This document shows, in pieces, positions 28,626 to 36,775 of a stretch of DNA of 64,000 nt. Each line of letters opens with the position of its first letter. Position 1 is the first letter of the stretch. The DNA comes from a virus. The stretch spans positions 1 through 64,000 of IMG/VR virus record IMGVR_UViG_3300036818_000105. One strand, 5' to 3'. The notes beneath the pieces were generated by a model, which saw nothing but the letters and a program-made list of their open reading frames with translations, ran no database searches and was not told the DNA's origin. Made by a program: the position numbers and the translations under genes.

Positions 28626-29642
28626 ATGGACGACGTGCCCAAGCATGACATCCACGAGGCGGCAGGCCGCCCGCTGCGCCGCGCCCGCTTCGCCGCATGG
28701 GCGGTGTTCCTGGGCATGGCCGGGACCACGATGGCGTTCCAGACTTACCACTCGCTGCACTACGGGCAGATGCCGTGGCCGCTCGCCTACCTGTACGGGA
28801 TCGTCCCGCTCGGCATCTCGATCGGCGTGCTCATGTTCGCCGCCGTCTGGCCGTCGCGGTGGGCTCAGGGCGGCGCTTACGCGATCACGGCCGGGGCGAT
28901 GTACATGTCCGCGTCGGCAACCGGCGCCGTCACGCTGCACGCCGCCGCGCCGCACGCCGAGCTGCTGTTCGGCTTCCTCCTCGACGGCGCCGCGCTCCTC
29001 GCCGTCCGCTTCATCTTCGACGGCCCGACAGCCGGCCAGGCGGTAGCGGAAGTCGCCCGGCGCGAGGCGGAACTTACGGGTGCCGCTACCGCCGCGCGGG
29101 AAGACCTCGGCCGGGCGGTAACGGAGCACCGGAAGGCCGCCGCCGAGACGGAAGCCGGGCACGCGGCCGAGAAGGAACGACTCGAGCGGAAGCTGGCCGC
29201 CGCAGGGGAAGCGACGGAAACGTGGCAGGCAGAGGCTGCGAGGGTCCACCAGATGACCGTGAGCGTCCTGGAGGAGCGGGAGCGCGTCGCCCTCGCCGAG
29301 GCGGAAGCGGCGAGCGCAAGGGCGGAACGACTCGAGCGGAAGCTGGCCGCCGCTACCGGGTCCGGCAAGGGCGGTAGCGGAACCCGGAAGCCCGCCGCCG
29401 CTACCGCCCCGGAGCGCCCGGAAGCGACGGCCGTAAACCCGGATGACCTTCCGGGCGACTGGGGCGACTGGGACACTGAGGCGCGGGTCCTGTTCCTCGT
29501 GAACGAGAAGGGGTTCTCGGCGTCCAAGGCCGGCGTCGAGGCCGGCGTGACCGATGCCCGCGGGCGGCAGATCGCCCGGATGGCGAAGGACCTCGGTGCG
29601 ACCGCCCCGCAGGACGTTGTCGGCGAGGTGCCGGAATCCTGA
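28626..29642 (+). CDS. SpdB2/DUF2637-like spread protein
   Basis: Four TMs, coiled coil with duplicated ERLERKLAAA, C-terminal HTH-like segment; follows traB. Confidence 0.65.
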   Translation: MDDVPKHDIHEAAGRPLRRARFAAWAVFLGMAGTTMAFQTYHSLHYGQMPWPLAYLYGIVPLGISIGVLMFAAVWPSRWAQGGAYAITAGAMYMSASATGAVTLHAAAPHAELLFGFLLDGAALLAVRFIFDGPTAGQAVAEVARREAELTGAATAAREDLGRAVTEHRKAAAETEAGHAAEKERLERKLAAAGEATETWQAEAARVHQMTVSVLEERERVALAEAEAASARAERLERKLAAATGSGKGGSGTRKPAAATAPERPEATAVNPDDLPGDWGDWDTEARVLFLVNEKGFSASKAGVEAGVTDARGRQIARMAKDLGATAPQDVVGEVPES

Positions 29643-29724
29643 CGGCCCCGCATCAAGATCATTTAGAGCCCCATTCGCGGACATGTATTCCGGGGTAGTC
29701 GACCGTGCACGACTGAAGCGATGC

Positions 29725-29765
29725 CAAAAGAGCGGCCCGGCCCCTGAATCCTCAGGGACCGGGCC
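29725..29765 (-). terminator. intrinsic terminator between convergent genes
   Basis: GGCCCGG.CCCTGA-loop-TCAGGG.CCGGGCC stem with a T-tract on the minus strand. Confidence 0.6.
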
Positions 29766-29930
29766 TTCCGCCTGTCAGGCCCGGTCCTGCGCCTGCGCGT
29801 CGTTGCAGCCGTCCGGGCACGGGCCGCCGTGCCCTTCGCGGCGGTCGTCACCGTGGAGCGAGTCGGGCTCATCGCAGTGCTTGCAGCAGCTGAACATCTT
29901 CGGGGGTCCTTTCGGATCGGGATTCGGAGG

Positions 29931-30326
29931 TCAGGCGGCTTTGGCGAGCGACCGCCGGGACGTGAGCAGGATGTCGGCCGTGGTCGCCGCGAGCAGGTGC
30001 CAGCACTGCCGGTCGTGCGCCCCGGCGGGGCAGCAGCAGGAGATGCCGTCGGAGGCGTACCGGCTGCCGTCGCGCTTGCTTGACGGGACGCTGTAGAACC
30101 CGTGGTCCTCGGCCTTGACCTCGCCGGCGCGGATCGCGGCATCAGCCTGGGCGCGCTGCTTGTCGTTGAAGGTGCCGCGCTCAGCCGCCTTGGCCTGGGC
30201 CTGGCGGACCTTGCGGTCGCACAGCAGGCTCATGCCGCGGGCAACCGATGCCGGGGCCCGGAGGGTGCCTTTGCAGCCGGGCCGCTTGCACTCGATTCGC
30301 TCGGCGTTCTCGGTGCCCGTCATCAT
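29931..30326 (-). CDS. Zn-ribbon plus SWIM zinc-finger protein
   Basis: C..C..L..P.SVARG...C; C.CPAG....CWHLLAA. Confidence 0.75.
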   Translation of the reverse strand: MMTGTENAERIECKRPGCKGTLRAPASVARGMSLLCDRKVRQAQAKAAERGTFNDKQRAQADAAIRAGEVKAEDHGFYSVPSSKRDGSRYASDGISCCCPAGAHDRQCWHLLAATTADILLTSRRSLAKAA

Positions 30327-30346
30327 GTCCCCCTAGTCGCTTCCTT

Positions 30347-30364
30347 GTGTCCACTAGTGTACAC
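30347..30364. promoter_or_regulatory. Phd/YefM-type operator palindromes
   Basis: GTGTCCAC (30347) and GTGTACAC (30357) upstream of the phd-like gene. Confidence 0.6.
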
Positions 30365-30391
30365 GAGAGACCATGGGTTAGCATAGGTGTC

Positions 30392-30568
30392 ATGACAGAA
30401 AACCTGGAACCCGAGTACAGCGTTCGCGATCTCAGGGGCAAGCTGGCCGACATCCTTAACGCCGCCGCCGCGCACGGGACGATCACCTACGTGACCAGCA
30501 GGGGCCGGCGCATTGCCGCGGTAGTGCCGCTATCGGTCGCCGAGGCCGCCACGTCCAGGGGCGAGTGA
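30392..30568 (+). CDS. Phd/YefM-family DNA-binding domain (orphan antitoxin-like)
   Basis: SVRDLRGKLADILNAA..G.ITYVTSRGRRIAAVVP. Confidence 0.85.
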   Translation: MTENLEPEYSVRDLRGKLADILNAAAAHGTITYVTSRGRRIAAVVPLSVAEAATSRGE

Positions 30569-30580
30569 GAAGATGCGGGG

Positions 30581-30919
30581 ATGCTCGTTAACCTCACGCC
30601 CCACCCAGTCGCGATCTACCGCGACAAGTCAGTCGAGGACGGCCCGGACGAGGTGATCCCGCCATCGGGAACGGTGGCGCGCATCGCCACGATCGAGCTC
30701 GGCACGGGCCTGTCCGCGCACAGCGGGCGCAGCTACGAGCTCGTCGAGTACGGGCACGCCCACGACCTGCCGCAGCCGGTGGCCGGCACCGGCTACGTCG
30801 TCTCCCTCGTCGTCGCCCTGGCCGTCCGCGGCCGCGACGACCTCCTCGCCCCCTACCTCGAGGTGCGCAATGAGGCGGGGACGATGATCGGGTGCCGTTA
30901 CCTGCAGAGGGCGTGCTGA
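30581..30919 (+). CDS. NLTPH-motif conserved protein (possible Crn4-like ring nuclease)
   Basis: LVNLTPH..IPPSG.VARI..LP.P..G..YVVS..R.DLL.P..R..G..IGC; functional label recalled, not verified. Confidence 0.7.
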   Translation: MLVNLTPHPVAIYRDKSVEDGPDEVIPPSGTVARIATIELGTGLSAHSGRSYELVEYGHAHDLPQPVAGTGYVVSLVVALAVRGRDDLLAPYLEVRNEAGTMIGCRYLQRAC

Positions 30920-30926
30920 CCCGCCG

Positions 30927-31817
30927 TCAGGAGAACACCCGGACGTACTGGACCTCGATGCTCGCGGCCCGGTCGAACGGAGTCTGGGCCGAGCCGAGGA
31001 CGGGGCCGCCGTACGAGGTCCCGGCCGTGATCCACATCGGGGCGCCGGTCACGTAGGAGCCCGAGATGGTGCAGTACAGCACGCCGTCGTAGTAGACCTC
31101 GCAGTAGTTGCCGCTGGCGCCGTGGCCGAAGGCGAGGGTCACGTAGGTCCAGGCGTCGGGCAGGATGTTCGGCGCCACCGGGACGGCCGCGGTGTTCTCG
31201 GGCGACAGCTGAACGGTCTTGCCGTCATAGGTCCACGGGTCGGTCGTTGCCTCAGAGCCGGAGCCGGTCCCGTAGTGGTAGCTGACGTAAGAGCCGCCGT
31301 ACTGCGTCTCGACGGCGTCGATCTCCCCGCCCGCCGGCCAGCCGCTGCCGTAGCACCAGAGTGAGGACCAGCAGGCGAACACGTGGCCGCTGCCGCTGGT
31401 GAACCCCGAGAACTTGACCAGCGCCTCGATCACGCCGGCTGAGGTCGGGTACTGCCCCGGCGACTGGATGATCCCGCAGTCGGCCGTGCTCGTCGTAGCC
31501 AGCCTGAGGACGCTGAGGCCCCCGTCGGTCGTCACCTCGACGTTACGGGGGCTGGCCGGGTTCTCGCCGACTCCCGACCCGTTGGTTACCGGCGTGGTGG
31601 TCCCGGGCATGTAGCGCCAGGCGTACAGGTCAGACGGCAAGTACTGCTCGAGCAGCGCGTGACCCGCTGCCAGGGCGGACGGGTACGGCACCGTCCCGGA
31701 CGGCGGGGGCACCGTGACGGGCGGCGGGGTGGCAGCCGCGGGCAGGGTGACGCTGGCACTGACGGGAAAGGCGACGCCGCCGACAGTGGCCGATCCCGAG
31801 ACGGTGACTGCGGTCAC
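30927..31817 (-). CDS. GH16-like glycoside hydrolase
   Basis: W..LW..GWPAGGEIDAVE catalytic motif; ..YYDG.., IEVQYVRVF. Confidence 0.8.
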   Translation of the reverse strand: MTAVTVSGSATVGGVAFPVSASVTLPAAATPPPVTVPPPSGTVPYPSALAAGHALLEQYLPSDLYAWRYMPGTTTPVTNGSGVGENPASPRNVEVTTDGGLSVLRLATTSTADCGIIQSPGQYPTSAGVIEALVKFSGFTSGSGHVFACWSSLWCYGSGWPAGGEIDAVETQYGGSYVSYHYGTGSGSEATTDPWTYDGKTVQLSPENTAAVPVAPNILPDAWTYVTLAFGHGASGNYCEVYYDGVLYCTISGSYVTGAPMWITAGTSYGGPVLGSAQTPFDRAASIEVQYVRVFS

Positions 31818-32095
31818 GGCGTGACCGCCGTGAAGACGTTCGGGCTGGCCGGCGACACCTTGAACGTCAGCCCCGGGCACGTCGGGACGGCGAACGCCTC
31901 AGCCGCGGCCGGGGCGCCCGCGAGCGTGAGCGTCCCGGAAACCGGGTACGTCGCGGAGCCGACCTTCGCTGACCCGGTGACGGTAACGGTCCCGGCCGGC
32001 GTGCCGGCATTGCCGCTGACGACGTACGTCAGCGTGATCGTCTGACCCGAGGCGGGCGCGCTCGGGCTGACGGTGAGGGCGACGGTTACCGCCAT
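31814..32095 (-). CDS. small Ig-like beta protein
   Basis: Thr/Val-rich strands; coupled to GH16. Confidence 0.65.
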   Translation of the reverse strand: MAVTVALTVSPSAPASGQTITLTYVVSGNAGTPAGTVTVTGSAKVGSATYPVSGTLTLAGAPAAAEAFAVPTCPGLTFKVSPASPNVFTAVTP

Positions 32096-32123
32096 CTGAT
32101 TCTCCCTGGTCCTGGTCTTCTGC

Positions 32124-32873
32124 CTAGACGCCGAGCAGCGCGGGCCATGTCTGGGGCCCGACGGTGCCGTCGACGGTGATCTTCGCCGCCGCCTGCACGG
32201 CCTTGACCGCGGCGAGGGTCGCGGGCCCGAACGACCCGTCGACCGTGACCGCGTGCCCCCGCTGGCCGCACTGGAACTGAGCGGTCCGGACGAAGGTCCC
32301 GGTCGCTCCCTGCCTGAGCTCGGGAAGCTGCTGCATGAGGGTCTCCGTCCAGGCTGGCGTGGGCGGTGCCGCCGGGGCGCCGAAGAAGTTGCCAAGCAAG
32401 AGCGACTGGTCGAGGACCCGCCCCATGGCGCTTGACGTCCACTGGGTTCCGTCCATGGCGACCGGCGTCATGCGGCACGACGACGGGCCGCAGACGTGCT
32501 CGCCGGCCCCGTAGTGCGCCGACCAGAGGCGCACCGAGGGCCGCTCGATCCCGGAGCGGTCGAGGACGGGCAGTACCTGCGCCTCCATCGTGTACGCGCT
32601 GGCGTAGACGACCGGCCTGGCAATGCCCCGTGCCACCTGCCGGGCGTGCCAGCCGGGGACGTCGGACGCGCTCGCCGCGCCGCTCTCGACGTCGAGGGCG
32701 TCCGCGTTGCTGCCGGCGAGCAGGGCGATCGACAGGTGCTCCGCCTTCGGGAACGCCGCGACGACCCAGTCGTAGTTCGGCTGGTTGCCGACCGACCCGT
32801 CGACGTAGGCGGCGTAGGCGGCGGCCCCGGCCGGGAACTGGCCGTTCAGCGCCGTGTCGTACATGGTGATCAC
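32124..32873 (-). CDS. endolysin (GH25-like muramidase plus peptidoglycan-binding domain)
   Basis: ALDVESG, PVVYAS, LWSAHY, GTQW; LRQGATG..VDGSFGPAT.AAVKAVQ..VDGTVGPQTW. Confidence 0.85.
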   Translation of the reverse strand: MITMYDTALNGQFPAGAAAYAAYVDGSVGNQPNYDWVVAAFPKAEHLSIALLAGSNADALDVESGAASASDVPGWHARQVARGIARPVVYASAYTMEAQVLPVLDRSGIERPSVRLWSAHYGAGEHVCGPSSCRMTPVAMDGTQWTSSAMGRVLDQSLLLGNFFGAPAAPPTPAWTETLMQQLPELRQGATGTFVRTAQFQCGQRGHAVTVDGSFGPATLAAVKAVQAAAKITVDGTVGPQTWPALLGV

Positions 32874-33190
32874 GGCGCGTCCCCGCATCCCAGGTCCTGG
32901 CGAAGCTGGTGGATCTCGGCGACGAGCGCGGCCGTGAACGTCCCCGAGGCGGGCTTCTTCGGCGCGGCGGCGTCCGCCCGGTCGAGGGTGACGACCAGGC
33001 CGCACCACTTGCCCTGCTCGGAGTTCACCTCGTGGGAGGTCCAGAGCAGGTTCCCGACCCCGGCGAGGGCGGCGATGAGGAACAGGACGACGACCGCCCG
33101 GCCCTGCAGCCGCGACAGCCCCCGTTCCCCGCGCTCTCCCTGCACGCCCCGGGGGCCGACGGGGAACCTCTCGCCAGCCTCGTTACTCAT
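32870..33190 (-). CDS. single-TM lysis-associated protein
   Basis: One TM, ends LGC; between holin and endolysin. Confidence 0.6.
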   Translation of the reverse strand: MSNEAGERFPVGPRGVQGERGERGLSRLQGRAVVVLFLIAALAGVGNLLWTSHEVNSEQGKWCGLVVTLDRADAAAPKKPASGTFTAALVAEIHQLRQDLGCGDAP

Positions 33191-33452
33191 GAGCGCCACC
33201 CTCCGAAGGCAAGGGCGGCGAGGACGGTGAGGGCGGCTCCTCCTGCGGGCGCGGTGAGTCCGACAATGACCCAGGCCCGGACAAGATGGTGGCGACGGCG
33301 GAGCGCGCGGCAGGTGCGATGCACCCAAGCGCGACGACGAGCAGGGCCGCGTTGGGGGACAAGGACTCCACTTGCTTCCAGATCACCCAGATACCGAACC
33401 CGGTGAGCCCCACGTCCCGTAGCAGCGGCCATGCTTTCTGGAGCCACCCCAC
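33183..33452 (-). CDS. holin-like protein
   Basis: Two TMs, RDVGL..G..VIW.Q; in lysis cassette. Confidence 0.65.
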   Translation of the reverse strand: MGWLQKAWPLLRDVGLTGFGIWVIWKQVESLSPNAALLVVALGCIAPAARSAVATILSGPGSLSDSPRPQEEPPSPSSPPLPSEGGAHE

Positions 33453-33473
33453 GTCGCCTCGCTTCCCCGCTGA

Positions 33474-33725
33474 TCACGAACTTCCCGGAGGGGAACTCCC
33501 CGGCGGGCCGGCCCACTTCGCGCCTGTCATCGGGTCAGCGTGCGGGTCGAGGGTCTTCTCCGGCCGCGGGACGGTGCCCGGCCCGGCGCCGAGCAGTTCC
33601 AGCACGTCCGCGACTGGCACCTCGGCAGCGTCGGCCCGCTGGTAGCTCCGCATGATCGCGACGGCCCGGTCGAGCGCCTGCCGTGCCTCGTCGTCCTGCG
33701 CGGGCCGCTTCCGGCCCCGGATCAC
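33474..33725 (-). CDS. hypothetical protein
   Basis: GTGA-coupled start. Confidence 0.55.
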   Translation of the reverse strand: MIRGRKRPAQDDEARQALDRAVAIMRSYQRADAAEVPVADVLELLGAGPGTVPRPEKTLDPHADPMTGAKWAGPPGSSPPGSS

Positions 33726-34066
33726 AGAAGGGCCTTCGCGAAGCTCAGCATCGACCTGACGGCGGGGCTTTCCACGACAGCGAGGACCGCGTTGAAGTCG
33801 GGGACGTGCGCGGTGAGCATTCCCCGCAGGGTCTCCGCCTGGGGGGCGGTGACGGTGAGCGTGGAGCCCTCCGGCGGGTTGGAGGCGAGGGACTTGAGGA
33901 AGTCGGCTGCCTCGCTGATCTCGGGGGCCACGTCCTTCGAGAACCACGACTCCGCCCGGGTGAGGGCCGGAATGTGGGCTGCGGCGAGCGCCTTGAGTCC
34001 TGCCGTCTCCGCCTGGCTGATCGTGATGCTCGCGCCGCCGTCGGGGGTCGCGGTGATGTCGGCCAT
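33722..34066 (-). CDS. hypothetical protein with internal repeat
   Basis: ITIS.AET..L...AAHIP and LTVT..QAETL...TAHVP; AAGGAG SD. Confidence 0.7.
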   Translation of the reverse strand: MADITATPDGGASITISQAETAGLKALAAAHIPALTRAESWFSKDVAPEISEAADFLKSLASNPPEGSTLTVTAPQAETLRGMLTAHVPDFNAVLAVVESPAVRSMLSFAKALL

Positions 34067-34127
34067 GGGCAGGCTCCTTGTGGGGCGCGCGGGGAAGGCG
34101 GGTTGTCTTGGGCATCAGCCTAATCCC

Positions 34128-34162
34128 GTGCACGTGCTAATGCACGCGACGTCTGCACGTGC
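34128..34162 (-). promoter_or_regulatory. TGCACGTGC triplet box upstream of the lysis operon
   Basis: TGCAC at 34129, 34141, 34154; TAGGCT -10-like hexamer follows on the minus strand. Confidence 0.65.
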
Positions 34163-34203
34163 GTTATGCCTGCCAGCCCTCGGCCGGCCTAGGATCGGGG
34201 AGC

Positions 34204-34504
34204 ATGGACACGGGCAAGCTGACGTGGGGACCCGGCTGGCTTGCCACCGTCCCGCAGGAGACGTGGACGCTCACGGGAACTTACGGGCCAGGGGCCGCAC
34301 CGCACTGCCGGGTCTTCTGGGGCTCCCACGGCTGCCAGCACCCGCGCGGCCACCCTCCGGAGGACCCGCACTCGTGCGACTGCTGCGAGTGCCCCGATGA
34401 GGCGTGCAAGCCCGTCCTGCGTGGCTAAGCCCCCGTACTACGGGCCGACGACGCACTTCTACGGCGAGGACGCGGAGGCGCTCGGCCTGCCGATGGTCAG
34501 CTAG
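34204..34504 (+). pseudogene. Cys/His-rich phage protein, apparently frameshifted
   Basis: CRVFWGSHGC..RGH..H.C.CCEC in one frame, CVAKPPYYGPTTHFYGED in the next. Confidence 0.5.
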
Positions 34505-34507
34505 CCG

Positions 34508-34768
34508 CTAGTGCGAGCAGTTCGACGTGCCCGCACCGAAGCCGGGGATGCCGTGCGCCGTCCACGCCGGCTCAGCCGGCGGTGCCACTGTCCCCTCCGG
34601 CGCGTACTCAGCCTGCCCGCCGGCGACTAGGCCGGGGGCCTCGCGGGAACTGGCCCAGAACGCCTCGCCGACGGACACGTTCGCTAGCCTCCCGGACCAA
34701 GCGCTCTGGACCATCGGCTGGAGGGCCAGCAAAAGGATCGGCTGGTTTGGCGGAAGCGGAAACCCCAC
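34508..34768 (-). CDS. hypothetical protein
   Basis: Starts MGFPL. Confidence 0.6.
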   Translation of the reverse strand: MGFPLPPNQPILLLALQPMVQSAWSGRLANVSVGEAFWASSREAPGLVAGGQAEYAPEGTVAPPAEPAWTAHGIPGFGAGTSNCSH

Positions 34769-34772
34769 CTGA

Positions 34773-35090
34773 TCAGGCTACTTCCCCGGGCGCACCGAGG
34801 ACGGTAACGAAGCCGCCCCCCGCGTCCGCGACGACCTGCCAGCCCGCGTCCCGCAGGACGCCCGTATAGCGCTCCAGCGCGGCGTCCGTCGTCGACTGAA
34901 GGGTCTCGCCAGGCCCCGTGGACATGTTCACGCGGGTGACACGGACCTCTCCCGATTCCTGCCACGCGCGCCAGCCGGAGGCGATGACCTCGCCGCCCAC
35001 CGTGACCGCCTCCAGGTACCGCGCCTTTTGCATGGCACCCGACACGGCCTCAACGGTCGGAGGGTTCGTGTCGGTCAGTGGAAATCCCAT
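34773..35090 (-). CDS. hypothetical protein
   Basis: Starts MGFPL. Confidence 0.6.
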   Translation of the reverse strand: MGFPLTDTNPPTVEAVSGAMQKARYLEAVTVGGEVIASGWRAWQESGEVRVTRVNMSTGPGETLQSTTDAALERYTGVLRDAGWQVVADAGGGFVTVLGAPGEVA

Positions 35091-35106
35091 GATCCAACGC
35101 TAACCC

Positions 35107-35394
35107 TCAGATCAGGCGACCGCACCTCGTGCAGAATGAGCCGGGCGGGATGCGGTGCTCGCACGGGGCCTCGCTGGCGGGCTCGGCCGCGCCCGTGCCG
35201 ACGTCCGTGTGCGCCGTGCTGGCCACGGGCTGGCCATCCCGGTCAAAGCGGCTGAGTTCAGCATCAATGGCGCCCTCGACCCAGACTGACCGGGGCGTCT
35301 CGCCGCGCGCCTTGTCGATCGCTTCCGCCTTCGGCTCGCTTACGCGGACCGGGATGACAACTCGCTTGCCCTCAGGGGTCCGTTCTCTCGCCAT
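35107..35394 (-). CDS. ribbon-helix-helix regulator with C-terminal Zn motif
   Basis: VIPVRVSEPKAEAIDKARGETPRSVWVEGAI; CEH..CTRC. Confidence 0.8.
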   Translation of the reverse strand: MARERTPEGKRVVIPVRVSEPKAEAIDKARGETPRSVWVEGAIDAELSRFDRDGQPVASTAHTDVGTGAAEPASEAPCEHRIPPGSFCTRCGRLI

Positions 35395-35400
35395 GGAAGG

Positions 35401-35416
35401 AGTATACGCGTATACT
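35401..35416. promoter_or_regulatory. bidirectional leaderless promoter/operator palindrome AGTATACGCGTATACT
   Basis: TATACT on each strand, 6 nt before the RHH ATG and before the tnpB GTG. Confidence 0.75.
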
Positions 35417-35422
35417 GATTGA

Positions 35423-36685
35423 GTGACTATACGGAACCGGCTATACCCCGACGCACGGGCGGAAGCGATCATGCGCGACCTGCACTGTGCGCAAGCCCGG
35501 TACGTGTGGAACCTCTGCGTCGAGCAGGAATCCTGGTGGCGGCGGGACCGCGGGAAGATGCCAACCTGGGTAGAGCGATGCCGCCAGTTGGCTGAGGCGC
35601 GGACTGAGTTTGAGTGGCTTCGCGCGGGCAGTAATGCAGTCCAGCAGCAGGCCATCAGGGACTTCGGACGGGCGATGACCGCCTTCCTTGATCCGAAGAA
35701 CCCGGCTAGAGAGCCAACGTTCCGGAAGGCGGTCCGCGATGAAGGATTTCGCATCGTCGGGGAGCGATCGGGACCGCACGTTTCCTGGGGCCTTCGGCGC
35801 CTGAACCGCAATTGGGGCGAGGTCCGCATCCCGAAGGTCGGCTGGGTCCGCTTCCGCTGGTCTAGGCCAGTTCCGGGAGATGTGAAGTCCTTCCGGGTCA
35901 CCCTTGACCGCGCAGGCCGATGGCACGTCTCGTTTCCGTCTCCGCAGGGCGCCGTCGGCCGTCGGCCGACCGGGGCGGCCGTCGGCATTGACCGGGGCGT
36001 CCGAACTGCCCTGGTCACCTCAGAAGGCCAGCATTTCCGAGTGCCCAGAATTGGCGACCGTGCTGCAGGGCGGTACGTCGCCCTGCAGCGGCGCATGTCC
36101 CGCCAGCAGAAGGGCTCGCGCAAGAGGGAGAAAACCCGGCTGGCAATGGCCCGGATCGCGGTAAGGGTTGCCGACCGGCGCAAGGACTGGGCAGAGAAGG
36201 TCTCCACGCGACTTGTTAGCGACTACGACCTGATCGTGTTCGAAAAGCTGAACGTGGTCCGCATGACTCGCAAGTCTGCACCCAAGTCCGATCCTGATCA
36301 GGTCGGTGCATTCCTTCCCAACAAGGCCCGCGCGAAGGCTGGGCTGAACCGAGGCATCCTCGCGGCATGCTGGGGCATTCTGGCCGCCCGTGCCGAGGAG
36401 AAGGCTGTCGCATCAGGCGTGAGTGTCATCTACGTCAACCCGAGATTCACCTCGCAGCAGTGCCATGCGTGCGGCCACGTGAGCCGGAAGAACCGCGAGA
36501 GCCAAGCGGTATTCCGGTGTGAGTCCTGTGGCCACCATGATCATGCTGACGCGAACGCTGCGAAGAACGTACTTGCCCGGGGGCTAGGCACAATGGCGGT
36601 CCCTGCGCACGCCCCGGGTCACGGGGTGCAACGCCCGCATAAGTCCGCGAGAGCGGCGGCGGGAACCACCCGGAGTGCGACATAA
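35423..36685 (+). CDS. tnpB: TnpB RNA-guided endonuclease (IS200/IS605-derived), copy 1
   Basis: RLYP, ARYVWN, RuvC-I GIDRG, RuvC-II FEKL, TSQQCHAC..CESC, RuvC-III DANAAKN. Confidence 0.96.
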   Translation: MTIRNRLYPDARAEAIMRDLHCAQARYVWNLCVEQESWWRRDRGKMPTWVERCRQLAEARTEFEWLRAGSNAVQQQAIRDFGRAMTAFLDPKNPAREPTFRKAVRDEGFRIVGERSGPHVSWGLRRLNRNWGEVRIPKVGWVRFRWSRPVPGDVKSFRVTLDRAGRWHVSFPSPQGAVGRRPTGAAVGIDRGVRTALVTSEGQHFRVPRIGDRAAGRYVALQRRMSRQQKGSRKREKTRLAMARIAVRVADRRKDWAEKVSTRLVSDYDLIVFEKLNVVRMTRKSAPKSDPDQVGAFLPNKARAKAGLNRGILAACWGILAARAEEKAVASGVSVIYVNPRFTSQQCHACGHVSRKNRESQAVFRCESCGHHDHADANAAKNVLARGLGTMAVPAHAPGHGVQRPHKSARAAAGTTRSAT

Positions 36686-36745
36686 GCACTCCGGGAAATC
36701 CCCGTCCATCAAGTCGGGGAGGATGTCAAATCCAGTACTTCGCGT
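36560..36745 (+). ncRNA. predicted omegaRNA for TnpB copy 1 (5' end approximate; guide from 36730)
   Basis: Hairpins CCCGGAGTGC..GCACTCCGGG and TCCCCG..CGGGGA, then GGATGTCAA right-end motif (TCAA 36726-36729). Confidence 0.7.
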
Positions 36746-36775
36746 GGCAGTGCCCGAGGTGACAGGAGGATCGCC

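Noticed and set aside
30392-30919. Classical Phd-Doc or YefM-YoeB toxin-antitoxin pair
   Set aside because: Downstream ORF lacks Fic, RelE or PIN motifs
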